Notes: generated by a model not told the origin, from the letters alone. A stretch of 64,000 nucleotides of DNA from Malacoraja senta (GCA_038087875.1 CM075988.1:20710001-20774000); one strand, 5' to 3'. Counted from the first letter of the stretch, positions 1-13,177 are shown. Program-made: numbers and translations.

Positions 1-837
1 CTACCGCTGTGTCACCGTCCCGCCCAGGTCTGTTTGCATGGGAAGTGCCCTTGGATGGGTGAACATCCCACCCTTGTCAATTGTCATCAGTCCTCCCACA
101 ATGTGAATGTTCAACGCCAAGTGTGAGTTCTAACCTTAGTCCCAGTTGCATCTGTGACCAGTGACTGGATTAGATCCTGTTCGTTTCCTGTTGCATGCAA
201 CTACTGATGTCGTGATGATATTTACCAGTCTGATTAATGGACCAATGCCATTTCCATGTTAACAATCCCACTCAGTGTGCTGTGGGGAAACAACACAAAA
301 CCAGCATGATTGCTGGCCTTTCACAATCCAGTGACCTTTAAGGCCTGTCCCTCAAAGCAAGACTTGAGCTCTTTGCCACCGCAAGGACACTTACTGCCTG
401 GGGACAATTGTCCACATTTGTTACATTCAAAAATGACCTTTCTGACTGCATCGCAGAATTCATCTGCCTTTCGATTGCCAGAGTACTAATTGTATTGCAC
501 AGAAATTGGATGATTTTGACAGGCGGCCTGAAGGGGATGCAAGTACATCGTACACGAAGGGCTTCAGTCTTCTCATTAAATCCATTCCATATCCATTGTC
601 GCAACCAGCCTCGCACTGTAGGAAACAGCAGAAGACTCAGGAACAGCTTCTTCACCTCTGTTATCAGACCTCTGAATGGTCCTTCCATAAACTAGGGTAC
701 TGCCTGATTTAACGCTACCCAATTGTGGACATTGGACCTTGTCTGGAACTAATGCATTACAATGCTGAGAACTATATTCTGCCCCCCCTGTATCTCTTCC
801 TTTATCTATTGTACTTGAGTTTGGTTTGATTGCTTCA

Positions 838-1116
838 ATGGAACAGCAGTAGAGTTGCTACCTTACAGGGCTATAGTCCCGGGTTCGTTCGTGACTATGG
901 GTTCTGTCTGTACGGAGTTTGTACATTCTCTCCATGGGTTATCTTTGGGAGCTCCTGTTTCCTCCCAAACTCCAAAGACGTTGTAGGCTAATTGCCTTGG
1001 TAAAATTGTAAATTATCCCTTATGTGTAGGATCGTGTTAGTATGCAGGGATCGCTGGTCGGCACGGACTCGGTGGGCAGAAGGGGCTGTTTCCGCACTGT
1101 ATAATTAAACTAAACT
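838..1116 (+). mobile_element. HE1-like tRNA-derived V-SINE
   Basis: tRNA-like head (gggttcg B-box), V-domain ggagtttgtacattctc, CR1-derived tail, (AAACT)n. Confidence 0.8.
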
Positions 1117-1716
1117 CTATTATTATCTGATGTATTTGGATAGAATGCAAAACAATTTTTTTCACTGTGCTGCACGTGACAATAATGAACATAAACCTAA
1201 ATCTTCTGGAGCCTGTGACTTTAAATCTGCTTGGATCATGGAGCTTTGTGATAATAACTAAGGCCAGCAGTTGGTGCAAGTTTGGTTATGGTGCAACTTG
1301 GACATCCTATCTGTTATTGTTCAGCCAGAGATGGTGCTGCCAAGAGGTTGGAATGTACAGTCATGCATGAATTCAAAGACAAACTAATCAGTTCAGACAC
1401 AGCCCACTTAGCTCATCAACTGGGTTGGGGACCAGAACCGTTACATTTTCGAGCAAGAATGTCCTGAACTGTTTCCAGCAACCCTCCCAAATGAATGTTC
1501 AGCAACTTTGCTGACATCCTGATTTGCAACGAACAGTTGACACCTCCCGATGGGATGGGCAGGATTCCATGAGGTGCCACGGTCCGCGGCTGTTCCAGGC
1601 ACCTAACACTGTAAAAAATCAGTGTGGAATCTGAGGACGATGTTCAGAGCCTGCAAAATGTTCTCCTTTTTTGGCAGAGAATGAATAAATAACGATGAGT
1701 GGGTGAGAGGGAGTCC

Positions 1717-1744
<28 letters not shown>
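1717..1744. repeat. (GA)n microsatellite
   Basis: Direct reading. Confidence 0.95.
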
Positions 1745-1752
<8 letters not shown>

Positions 1753-1789
1753 CTGCAGATGGTGGAATCTTGAGCAAAACACAAAGTGC

Positions 1790-2318
1790 CGGAGTATTGT
1801 GTGCAGTTCTGGTCGTCCCAATATAGGAAAGATGCGGAGGTGATGGAGAGGGTGCGCGGGAGGTTTAGCATAATGCTGCCTGGATTAGCTACAGGGAGAG
1901 GCTGGATTGAACTGGATTGGTTTCTTTGGAATGTCGGAGGTTGAGGGGAGACTTGATAGGTACATAAAGTTATGAGAGGAATAGATAAGGCAGACAGTCA
2001 GAACCTTTTCCCCAGAGTAATAATATCCAACACAAAGAGGCATAGTTTTAAGGGGAGAGGGGACAAGTTTAATGGATATGTGCAGGGCAAATTTTTACAT
2101 AGAGAGTAGTGGGGGCCTGGAATGCATTGTCAGGGTGGTGGTGATGGAGGCAGATATGATAGTGGCGTTAAAGAGGCTTTCAGATAGGCTAATGGAAGTG
2201 TAGGGAATAGAGAGATATGGATCATGTGCAGCCACATGAGATTAGTTTAACTGGGTTTCATGTTTGGCACCAACCATGTGGGCCGAAGGGCCCATTCCTG
2301 TGCTGTTCTGTTTTATCT
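1790..2318 (+). mobile_element. Old CR1 3' fragment
   Basis: EYCVQFWSP-type start; 3' tail tgggccgaagggcc..ttcctgtgctgt. Confidence 0.75.
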
Positions 2319-2883
2319 TCTAACTCAGCAGGTCAGGCAGCATCTGTGGAGAGAATAGACAAATAACGTTTTGACCCCTCTGCAGACTAAGAAAGCTGGA
2401 AAAGAGGTGGGGTTCGGGACAAAGCCTGGCAATTGATAGGTGGATACAGGTGAGGGAAATTTGACTGGCGGGTAGCTGGACAAAGGCTCAAGATGAAAAG
2501 GAGACAAAATGGTGTCAGAGAAGGAGAGAAGAGAAGAGAGAATCTACTTGAGGGGCAAGAATACATACATTGTATTCTTGTACATAGGAGAAGTACACAT
2601 ACAAGAACAATGTTTAGAAACATATATTAGAAGAAAGACATTGGGAATAGTTGCGTGATTTGTGTGAGTGCCTTTGATGAATGTTGGATCTTTGAGAGAG
2701 CACATTGGTCAAATGACCTGCTGGTATCCCTTGGACCAGCTATATATCAGTCTGGAAAGAACACCAGGCCTTGGAGGCTGTGCCTCTCTTAGATCATCTC
2801 TCTCAGCAGATATAGAGACCTTTGAAAGAAATGTCAATAGAATTACATTTTATTTTTATTTTTTTCATTGGATATGGATATGA

Positions 2884-3083
2884 NNNNNNNNNNNNNNNNN
2901 NNNNNNNNNNNNNNNNNNNNNNNNNNNNNNNNNNNNNNNNNNNNNNNNNNNNNNNNNNNNNNNNNNNNNNNNNNNNNNNNNNNNNNNNNNNNNNNNNNNN
3001 NNNNNNNNNNNNNNNNNNNNNNNNNNNNNNNNNNNNNNNNNNNNNNNNNNNNNNNNNNNNNNNNNNNNNNNNNNNNNNNNNNN
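2884..3083. other. Assembly gap (200 N)
   Basis: Run of exactly 200 N, followed directly by a (GA)n microsatellite. Confidence 1.
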
Positions 3084-3118
<35 letters not shown>

Positions 3119-4057
3119 GAGAGAGAAAAAAACCCTCTTCAAGTTACATTTCATTGATTCCAAAGCCCTTTTGGCCATTTCTGAGGTTATGAGCGGTGCT
3201 ATAAAAATGCAATTTTTAGTTTTCTTTCAGCTTTTTGGCAACGAGAGGATGGATAAGACACATCAGAAGCAAAATAAAGATTGCACAGTGACCGAATATT
3301 TGGAACTGGCCTGTGTCTCAGCTGGTGATGCCCAGTAAATTAACTCACCATCTGTGGGACTGATTATTAGAACTTGTCCCCTCTGGTTAAAGCTTACTGC
3401 TGGGTCCCTAGGTTTGATGAATGCACTTCCTCGAATGATTTAGTGAGAATGCTCTTTAAACTGGGACTGAACTCAAAATTAACCTGTGGCCCAGCGCAAT
3501 TAGTTTCAGTAATTTTCTAAAAACCTGATGTACAGAAATTGACGTTAAAGCAAAATCCCTACATTGCCACAGCTGATGATATACACTAGTTTCAGAAACC
3601 TCGGTGAGGGAGTTTGGGTTCTGCCAAACCAGCGGAGGGAGGTTAATAAATTAAAAACATCACGGCGAACATTATCCTTTGCTAAGACAGCAATATTCTT
3701 GGGACTGTTGCTTTGTATTTTATCAGGCAGCTATAACCGTGATGTCATTACGCTCAGGTTGGCTGTAAGCTTTTGATATGATTTTTTTTCAATTTTGACT
3801 GTTGTGGAGTCAGATTAATCTCATGGTCTGGATCCAACAATTTACTCTGCCTAATCATTGGTGATAAGATACGCCGAGGTTAACAGTCTGATGGGGAATC
3901 ATTTTCCCAACCTATCCTGTGTTACAAGCTAACGGCCAAATGCCTTTCTATTCCCATGGTCCGCAGTTGCCTCCCTTCCCACCGCCTCGTCACAAGCACG
4001 GGAAATAAAAATCATTCTCATGCAAGACTTCAAATACCGACAGAAGACTGACAATTT

Positions 4058-4365
4058 TTAGATTAGTTTTAGTTTTAGAGATACAGCGTGGAAACAGGCC
4101 CTTTGTCCCACCAAATCCGCGCCGACCAGCGATTACCCGGTACACTAGATCTATCCCACACACGCGGGACAATTTACAGAAGCCAACTAACCCACAAACC
4201 TGCACCTAATTGGGATGTGGGATGCGACAAGAGCACCTGGAGAAAACCCATGCGGTTCACAGGGAGAACGTACAAACTCCATACAGACAGCATCCCTAGA
4301 CAGGATCGGACCAGGGTCTCTGGCACTGTAAAGCAGCAACTCTACCACTGCACGACTGTGCTGCC
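4058..4365 (-). mobile_element. HE1-like V-SINE
   Basis: Reverse complement of the same consensus. Confidence 0.85.
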
Positions 4366-4744
4366 TACACAGGACATTGTCTCAGCAGACACAGGTTTGC
4401 ACACATATAGAAGCAACCAGAGACACACCTTCACTCCCTGTAATCTTGGATAAAGCGACACTCTAACTGGGACATCTTTAGAAGCTTCCTCTGATGAATC
4501 CATGCTTGGGTTTATCTCGGGTTTTCTATCGAATCGTGCTTCCAACATAGTGCCAGAGCTGATCTGGTGGTCCTCTCACATACTCACCTGTTCACACAAG
4601 TTTTCTTCTCTCTCGTTTCCCTCTACCCCTCCACTTCTCCCGCCTGGTTATGTCTGTCCATCTTCCCCTCCCCACCTGGTTCCACCTATCACCTGGCTAC
4701 CACCCCGTCCCACCCATCTCCACCCTCTCCCCATACAGCAACTC

Positions 4745-5107
4745 TCCAAACCTTTAACCATCAGGCAAGAGGTACAGAAGTGAAAACGCACACCTCCACA
4801 TTCCGGAGCAGTTTCTTCCCAGCTGTTATCAGGCAACTGAGCCATCCTATCACCAACTGGAGAGTGGTCCTGACCTCCCATCTACTTCATTGGAGACCCT
4901 TGGACTATCTTTACTCAGATGTTACTGGATTTTATCTTGCACTAAACGTTATTCCCTTTATCATGTATCTGCACACTGTGGACGGCTTGATTGTAATCAT
5001 GCGTAGTCTTTCCGCTGACTAGATAGCACGCAACAAAAAAGCTTTTCACTGGACGTTGGTACATGTGACAAAAAAACGAAACTAAATTAAATTAAACTAA
5101 ACTAAAC
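4745..5107 (+). mobile_element. Rex/Babar-like LINE 3' end
   Basis: FRSSFFPAVIRQL-type terminus, aaagcttttcactg...tgacaa stem-loop, (AAACT)n tail; related copies at ~40290-40520 (+), ~44325-44498 (-) and ~62320-62770 (-). Confidence 0.7.
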
Positions 5108-5244
5108 ATCAGATGCAGGAGACATCCCCCTGCAAGCCACACACAAATCCTCACTTAGAAAAGCCACCTTTCCGTCGTCATCACTGGATCTGAATCCTGA
5201 TACTCCTCTCTCAATGGTACCGCGGAAGTATCTTGACTGGGAGG

Positions 5245-5639
5245 TACACAAAAATGCTGGAGAAACTCAGCGGGTGCAGCAGCATCTATGGAGCGAAGGA
5301 AATAGGTAACGTTTCGGGCCGAAACCCTTCTTCAGACTGATAGGGGGTGGGAGAAGAAAGGAAAAAAGGAAAAGGAGGAGGAGGAGCCCGAGGGCTGGGG
5401 GAGGGGCGGAGACAACCAGAGGGCTGATGAAGGGGAGGGGGACAGCCAGGGCTAGCAGAATTGGGAGAATTCAACGTTCAGGCCACCAGGATGTAGACTG
5501 CCAAAGCGGAATATGAGGTGCATTTCCTCCAATTTACGGTGTTGCTCGCTGTGGCCATGGAGGAGACCCAGGACAGAGAGGTCAGATACAGGAATGGGAG
5601 GGGGAGTTGAAATGCTGAGCCACCGGAGTTCAGGTCGGT
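5245..5639 (-). mobile_element. Penelope-like element 3' fragment (GIY-YIG C-terminus, pyrimidine-rich spacer, hammerhead-containing tail)
   Basis: 14-bp perfect TSD TCTTGACTGGGAGG at 5231-5244 and 5640-5653; peptide DLSVLGLLH...RKLEEMHLIFRFGSLHPGGLNVEF. Confidence 0.88.
5308..5335 (-). ncRNA. Putative minimal type I hammerhead ribozyme core (Penelope-associated)
   Basis: Minus strand reads CUGAAGA-A-GGGU(UUCG)GCCC-GAAA-CG-UU: both conserved boxes, a 4-bp stem II with UUCG loop, palindromic mini helix III and an NUH site; lies downstream of a PLE endonuclease stop. Helix I looks short. Confidence 0.7.
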
Positions 5640-7760
5640 TCTTGACTGGGAGGAACTGCAATGGTTCAATGATGTGGCTCACCCCAACAACTTTCTCGAA
5701 AGCAATTAATGATACCCAATAATTGCTGAACTTTCCAGGGGTGAAAAGGAGTAAAGGGCGAGAAGAGGAGGATTGAAATGTAAAGCCAGAGGGAGGGATA
5801 TGGGTGAAAGGGGACAGGGGGCAGGGAAAGTGGAGGGGAATAAACGGGAAATTAAGGACTTCGGGGATGGGAGATGAATGCACGGAGAGAGAAAAGGTGC
5901 AGGGTGATTGGGAGGGCGGGCCAATAGTGGGAGGAATAGGTGAACACCAGGGATGGGGTGGGGGTGGGTGTTAGCAAGCACAGAGCCCTTACTGTGTGAG
6001 GACTTTATCAAGGTAGACACAAAGTGCTGGAGTAACTCAGCAGGTCAGGCAGCATCTCTGGAGAAAAAGGATGGGTGACGTTTTCAGTCGGGACCCTCAG
6101 TCAGACTGAAAGTATAATGGGAGGTAAGAAAAGGCCAGAACAAAGCAGGGCCTGGCCAAGGAAGGGGGAGCCCATTAAACTCTGGAAGTATTCAAAAATA
6201 GTTTCATGACAAAATGAAACTCTGTAGTACATCATAATAAGAGATCAATTTCTCTGCAGTTATTCTAGAATTTGTAAATCATTGACGTCAGTTCCACTGA
6301 TATTACTTTCATGTTAGTTTATGATTCTGTGAACAGCAATATAGTGAAGATTAATTACCCCAGGCATAGCCAGACTTGTCATAATGTTTAAACATTTTTA
6401 TTCAGTTTAGCTAATGAGGCGTTCCGAGGAAAAATTACGACAAAATATTTAGAACTTTTCTTTTTGGAAACTTCTGAACTTTTTGTAAGGTGAATGAGAA
6501 TGTTTGGATAACTTTTTGACTTTGAACGATGATTACTGGTGGGCTGCCCTTCACTGGGAAACAACTTTAGTTCACAGGTGCAATGGTTTAAAATGAAATG
6601 GAACCACAAGCATTCCGTGGTCGGTGGGAATGACGTTCGGACCAAGTGAACGTTATGAATTTTCCAAGCCTAAAACAATACATCAGGAGCCCTAAATGTG
6701 GAAACAAAGAAGTGCAGATGGTGGTTTATACCAAAGATAGACACAAAGGCTGGAGTAACTCAATGGGTCAGGTAACGTCTGTGGAGAAGAAGTGTAGGTG
6801 ACATTCCGGGTCTTCAGACTGAAGAAGGGTCGGAAGAAAGTGGTCCTGACCCGAAAGGTCACCTGCCCAGTTGTCATTGATTGAGAAAAAAAATGTACGG
6901 ATCTGCTGGATCTGGAGATATTTGGAAGTGAGAGATGATTTGATTCAAACGTATAGGATGCGTTATAGAGGGGCTTTTGACAGTGAGAATGTGCTGAAAT
7001 TTTTCATCTTGTGAGAGAATCTAAAACTAGAAGCTTCTGATTAAAATACGGTAACTCCCAATTAAGATAGAGAGAAGAGGCACTTTTCTAAAACTTCTAG
7101 TTTTAGATAGTCAGGATCGAAGCCGTGTCTCTGGAGCTGTAAGGCAGCAACTCTACCGCTGTGCCACCAATAGGAAGTTAAGGGCGGCACGGTAGTCTGC
7201 TCCCAATGATAAGAACAATTCTTATCCCTTTTTAATGAATAGGAATAGGGAGCTGAGGTTGATATTAGATTGGCCATGATTATACTAAAGGAGCAGTCAC
7301 GGTGAGCTCAATACCCATTGCAGCTCCTAATTTGTACATTTGCTTTCTCATATAATCTGCTTTTTTTTTAGGAAAAGTGACCAAACCCTTTAAGCACCAA
7401 CATCAGCAATATTCAAACAATTTCTATCTGGTCTAAGGCAGCACGAAAAGATTAGTTTGAATTGATGGCCATTTTCCCGAGTGACTGCATTTGCAGAACA
7501 AGATCTTCAAACTTGGAACGGTTTAATAATATTCAGTATTCACTCCCCCAGCTGAACTTCCAACTAACATCCTCCTTCGATGATCTCATCCAAAACTTTA
7601 ACCTTCTGAGTCGCAGCTTGCTAGAAGTCCCATTCACCCTTCACCCCGCCTGGGACTGACAAGTGAAGTGTGACATTTGTCCACAGCGCAAGCCAGACAA
7701 CGACTTCTCTTAGAATTCATTCCTCAATGGAATTGCAATCGACCTGACCTACCACGTAAG

Positions 7761-7973
7761 TGTAAGAAGGAACTGCAGATGCTGGTTTAAACCGAAGATA
7801 GACACAAAAAGCTGGAGTAACTCAGTGGGACAGGCAGCATCTCTGGAGAGAAGGAATTGGAGACGTTTTGGGTCGAGTCTGAAGAAGGGTCTCGACCCGA
7901 AACATCACCCATTCCTTCTCTCCAGAGATACTGCCTGTCCCGATGAGTTACTCCAGCTTTTTGTGTCTATCTT
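7761..7973. mobile_element. Palindromic PLE-tail-derived non-autonomous element
   Basis: Left arm agatagacacaaaaagctggagtaactca...tctctggagagaaggaat is the reverse complement of right arm attccttctctccagaga...tgagttactccagctttttgtgtctatct. Confidence 0.85.
7879..7906 (+). ncRNA. Putative minimal hammerhead core
   Basis: CUGAAGA-A-GGGUCUCGACCC-GAAA-CA-UC at the centre of a palindromic element. Confidence 0.6.
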
Positions 7974-8291
7974 TGACCTACTAAAACAGGCAGCTCAAAC
8001 CTCATTTGGACCAGCTCCCTAAATGCTATGGAGACACAAGAGGCTGCAGACCTGGAATCCTGTACAAGAAAAACAACGTACAGATGAACTGTAGAAAGCA
8101 CCCCATCATGATGCATCGCAACTCGGTTTGGCAAAGGCTATGCTCAAGACCACAAGAATTTCCAGTGTTGTGGATGCAGCCCAGACTCAAGAAGGGACCA
8201 CTCCCTTCACAGATGCTACCTGACCTGCTGAGGTCCCCGAGCACTTATTGTTGCCCACAGATCGGGAGTTTGTTTTGCAGAGCCCCGGCAG

Positions 8292-8641
8292 GAATAATGT
8301 TCCCGATGTTGGGGGGGAATCCAGAACCAGGGGTCACAGTTTAAGAATAAGGGGTATGCCATTTAGGACTGAGATGAGGTAAAACGTTTTCATCCAGAGA
8401 GTTGTGAATCTGTGGAATGCTTTGCCACAGAAGGCAGTGGAGGCCAATTCACTGGATGTTTTTAAGAGAGAGTTAGATTTAGCCCTTAGGGCTAAAGGAA
8501 TCCGAGGATATGGGGAAAAAGCAGGAATGGGGTACTGATTTTAGATAATCAGCCATGATCATATTGAATGGCAGTGCTGGCTCGAAGGGCCAAATGGCTT
8601 ACTCCTGCACCTATTTTTCAATCTTCTATGTTTCTATGTTT
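8292..8641 (+). mobile_element. CR1 3' fragment
   Basis: Similar to 57340-57669; ttctatgtttctatgtt tail. Confidence 0.85.
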
Positions 8642-9175
8642 ACAGCCCACTTGGGTGACCCTGACCTTACTGTTGCCGACTATTGCAAAACCTCCACAGA
8701 TGCTATCAGGTTGCATCACATCTTGGTTTGGAAACAGCTCTGCCTAAGACTGCAAGAAACAGCAGATAGTTGTAAACGTAGCCCAGAGGTCAGAGGTCAG
8801 ACTTCCCACCATCAACCCCATCTACACTTCACGCTGCTTTGAGAAACCAGCCAACCTGATCAGAGACCTTTCTCACCCTGGTCATCCCTTCGTCTCTCTG
8901 GCCACATCGGTCCGGAGATGCCGAAGCTTGTAAGTTAACACCGTCATCCTTTGCTCCTCAAAATCAGCTTTTGCTCCTTTGCTGTCAGACTGCTGAAGAG
9001 TCCACCCATAAACTAGGGTACAGTCTCCATACACCACTCTCCTTCATTGCTTATATTACACTTTATCTCCGGAAATGTTGTGCCACAAAGCTGAGAAACT
9101 ATATTTTGCACTCTCATCTTTTCTGAGTCAAAGGGCCTGATTTCACGCTGTATCTCTAAACTAAACACGGCACTG

Positions 9176-9462
9176 GGGCAGCACAGTGGCTCAGCGGTAA
9201 AGTTGCTGCCTTACAGCTCCAGAGACCCGGGTTTGATCCTGACTACTGGTGCTGTCTGAACGGAGTTTGTACGCTCTCCCCATGACCTGCGTGGGTTTTC
9301 TCCGGGTGCTCCGGTTTCATCCCACACTCCAAAGACGTAGATGTTTGTAGGTAAATTGGCTTCAGTAAAATTGTAAACTTTCCCTAGTGTGTATGTGTAG
9401 GATGGTGTTTGTGTACGGGGATCGCTGGTTGGCGCTGACTCGGTGGGCCAGTTTCCACGCTG
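9176..9462 (+). mobile_element. HE1-like V-SINE
   Basis: ggcagcacagtggctcagcggtaaagttgctgccttacagc head; V-domain. Confidence 0.85.
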
Positions 9463-10295
9463 ATTGTTGCCCTTGCTTACCAGAATATTTTTCTTCTGTT
9501 ATTCTCTCTGCATCCAAAACTAGAAAGCAAAAGGGTTAACAAATTGGGAATCGAATGGTAAAAGTAATTAAATGTGGAGAATTGTCAAAGGACAAAGTCT
9601 GTTTGCAATGAAGAGGCATGTTTCTGTGCAATCTCGACACATTCTGTTTTGTGTATCCTTTATGAATAAAATCTGACCATATAGGAACTGGAGAACTTAA
9701 TCCACATAAATAAACCTCAAATCAAAAATGTTTCTCTTGATCGAGACCACTGTTAGGGCAAGGGATTGTAATTACTATAAAATAAATGGCTGTAATATAA
9801 TAACAACATATTTCTGCTGTAATGCTTAACGTACTGAGTTGTAACAATCAATGAGTCACTTGAGATGTGCCTGTGGATCGAACATGTTAAATATGTTAGA
9901 GTAATTACAAATCTGAGAATTTTTTTAATGTACAGTGGGACGAAACAGCTGCACATGCTCATGTTTATTGGCTATAAGTGCAAGCGAAAAGCCTTCACTC
10001 TCTGCTCTTCCAGTGACTTTGTTTATATTGGCCAGGATACCAATAAATTAATCAAATCCACATTGAAAAACACCATGTCCCATGGCGCAGAATGATGTGT
10101 ATTAAAGGCAACAGCAACGTAAACACTCACGCTTTGCTTGAATGTGTTTCTTCAGACTCTTCTGTGCACGTGAGGATCAATGTTAGGCAAAGATGCCGGA
10201 AACCAACAGGATGCTTCTCAGTGGAAATGCAGGGGGACATAGAAGACCCTGAGAGGAACTGGCAGGGGAGATACCGACAGGCTATGGCCAGAGCC

Positions 10296-10612
10296 TTTAG
10301 ATTTTACTTTTAGACTTTAGAGATACAGCGTGGAAACAGGCCCTGGAGCCCATTGAGTCCACGCCGAGCAGCGATTGCCTCGTACAACAGCACTATCCTA
10401 CACATTCGGGACAATTTTGCCATTTTACCAAAGACAATTAACCAGCAAACCAGCATATCTTTGGAGTGTGTGAGGATACTGGAGCATCCGGAAGAAATCC
10501 ACGCAGTCACGGGGAGAATGTACAAACTCCATACAGACAGCACCCATAGTCAAGATTGAACCCGGGTCTCTGGCGCTGTAACGCAGTAACTCTACCCACT
10601 TCACCACTGTGT
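10296..10612 (-). mobile_element. HE1-like V-SINE
   Basis: Same consensus, antisense. Confidence 0.85.
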
Positions 10613-10744
10613 AGTCAAGGAACAGCAGAGAGTATAGAACATGCAGTATAGTCTTGGGATAAGGGATCTGTCGTGAAAGGAGACATTTCTTCACTCAGAG
10701 GGTGATAAATCTTGGGAATTCTCAGTCACTGAGTTTATTCTTAC

Positions 10745-11642
10745 CACTCTTGCGACCCGTACCAACTTTTACAGATGCAACGCAGGAAGCATACTGTCGG
10801 GTTACCTCACAGCTTGCTCTGGCAACAACTCGGCATAAGACCGTAAAAAAATTGCAGAAAGTTGTACATGCCCATCACACAGACCCAACTCCCCACAACT
10901 GACTCCATCTAGTAAGTAAGTAAGTAAGTTTATTGGCCAAGTATTCACATACAAGGAATTTGCCTTGGTGCTCCACCCACAAGTAACAACATGACATACA
11001 GTGACAGTTACGAATGACTCAGAAAACACGAAACATTAATAATAATAAGACATTAATGATAAAACACCATTGATCAAGCACGTGAACCAACAAAATACCA
11101 GATCAAAGGGAGGCTACAGATTTTTGGCTGTTGAGTAGAGCAACTACTCGTGGATAAAAACTGTTTTTTTATGTCTGGCTGTGGCAGCTTTGACAATCCG
11201 GAGTTGCCTTCCAGAGGGAAGTGATTCAAAGAGTTTGTGGCCAAATCTACACTTCATGCTGCCTCGGGAAAGCAGCCAACATAATCAAGGACATTCTTCA
11301 CCCCGGCCATTCCCTCTTCTCCCCTCTCCCATTGGGCGGAAGATACAAAAGACTGAAAACATTTTACCACCAGGTTCAGCAACTGTTTCTTCCCTGCACC
11401 AATTGAACGAGGGTGGAGTCCCGATTTTCCAACCTATCTCTTTGCACATTCTGGATTTTTCTCTGGAACTATAATGCTACAATGTAATGCAAAACTACAT
11501 TCTGACCTCTGGATTTTTCTTGAGTATGGCTTGATGGTGCTCATGTATATTAGTATCTGATTTAATTGAGTAGCCCACAAGCAAACTCTTTGCACTATAT
11601 CTCGGTACATGTAACAATCATAAACTAATACCAACACCAATA
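10745..11642 (+). mobile_element. Rex/Babar-like 3' fragment interrupted by an antisense LINE 3' fragment (~10912-11245)
   Basis: Host consensus ...gactccatctacacttc... is split with an atcta duplication; the insert has a (TTAC)n tail on the minus strand. Confidence 0.65.
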
Positions 11643-12162
11643 AGCAAGACCAATTTGTGGTGACTAAATTTGTGGCCTCTTTGATATTCTTTGTTTCATT
11701 CGTCAATGTGGAGTACAGTATTGGGAAACCTGCAAAATGTACATTTCTGACAACAGATTTTTTTTCTTGTAGGGAGTTGGGTCCATACTCTGTGTATCAG
11801 GATTTAAGTGGGAATGTTAGTGGGTGGGTGCACCATTTTCATGCTATTTCCTGTGTTAATTGAAAAGTTTGAGTCAATATTTGATTTGGCCTGAGAAAGA
11901 GAGGAATTGAGATTTCCCAGATTGAAAATTTTGCTAAGTTAAACATTTGGCTATCCTTTCCAGCTGATGAGTACACAGGCAGCCAAAAGTCTTTGGGGAT
12001 AAGTTTCACCCCATGCCTCATAAGTGACCTGGTGGGACGATTCCTGACAGTAGTACCAACGAATATGAGTGTACCTTTAACTGTCATGTGAACGGCCCAA
12101 TGTAACTGTTGATACATTGTTGGACCAGTTGATTATCTTCAATAAACAATAATTTGTTAGTA

Positions 12163-13165
12163 CAGGCACTCCCTGACTTGCATAATAGGTGACTTACGTA
12201 GACTCGCACTTACGTAAGCAATTCTTTAAGGCCACTGCTTCATCTTCGAGTTGCGTGTCTCAGTAGCAATGCGTTACTACTGTCGTATGTGGTTGTTTCC
12301 ACAAGCCAGTCAGTTGTTCTCATGGGAGCTCCCACCATGGTCTCCATGTCGGAGCTCCCATGTGGTCTCTGTGCCAGAGCTCCCACATAGTCTCTCCATC
12401 GGTGTCCCACATAGTCTCCCCATCGGTGCTCCACCATGGTCTCCATGTCGGAGCTCCACCATGGTCTCCATGTCGGAGCTCCCATGTGGTCTCTGCGCCG
12501 GAGCTCCCACATAGTCTCTCCATCGGTGTCCCACATAGTCTCCCCATCGGTGCTCCACCATGGTCTCCATGTCGGAGCTCCACCGTGGTCTCCATGTCGG
12601 AGCTCCCATGTGGTCTCTGCGCCGGAGCTCCCACATAGTCTCTCCATCGGTTCTCCACCCTGGTCTCCATGTTGGAGCTCTCACCATGGTCTCTGCGTCA
12701 GAGCTCCCACATAGTCTCTCCATCGGTGCTCCACCATGGTCTCAGCATCGGAGCTCCCACCATGGTCTCTGCGCCGAATAGTAAATTTATGTGTGCACAG
12801 TAGCATTTTGAAAATATTTTTTATTGGAGATAAGTACACAACCTATTTACATCATTACAGTCTTACATTTTTAAATTGATAATATTGTCAATTATTATTA
12901 CATTGTCTCCAATACCTTTTGCCTTTTTTTTTTTTTTAAACTAAATAGAACTAAAGAGATAGATGAAGTAAAGAAAGAAAAGAAAGAGAAGAAAAAAAAA
13001 AAAAAAAAAAAAAACAACAAAAAAAACAAAAAAATAAAAAAATAAAAAAAAGGAAAAAGATAGTTAAAGAAGAATGGAAAAATTTTGGTTTCCGATTTAT
13101 GTAACATCGGACTTAAGCAGAGGTCCGCATGACGTAACCCTTACGTAAGTCAGGGGGTGTGCTTA
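12163..13165. mobile_element. Tigger/pogo-like non-autonomous DNA element carrying a minisatellite and an A-rich insert
   Basis: TA|CAGGCACTCCCTGACTTGCATAA ... TTACGTAAGTCAGGGGGTGTGC imperfect TIRs; subterminal repeats of gacttacgta. Confidence 0.6.
12325..12777. repeat. GC-rich minisatellite, ~25-bp monomers in a 124-bp higher-order repeat
   Basis: ggagctcccatgtggtctctg recurs at 12351, 12475 and 12599; five monomer variants per period. Confidence 0.92.
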
Positions 13166-13177
13166 GTTCTAACCTCG

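Noticed and set aside
2822..3338. ORFs with RERERE tracts
   Set aside because: They span the N gap and a (GA)n microsatellite.
12240..12781. Seven overlapping repetitive ORFs; CRISPR-like appearance
   Set aside because: Products of a GC-rich minisatellite; no unique spacers, no cas genes, vertebrate context.
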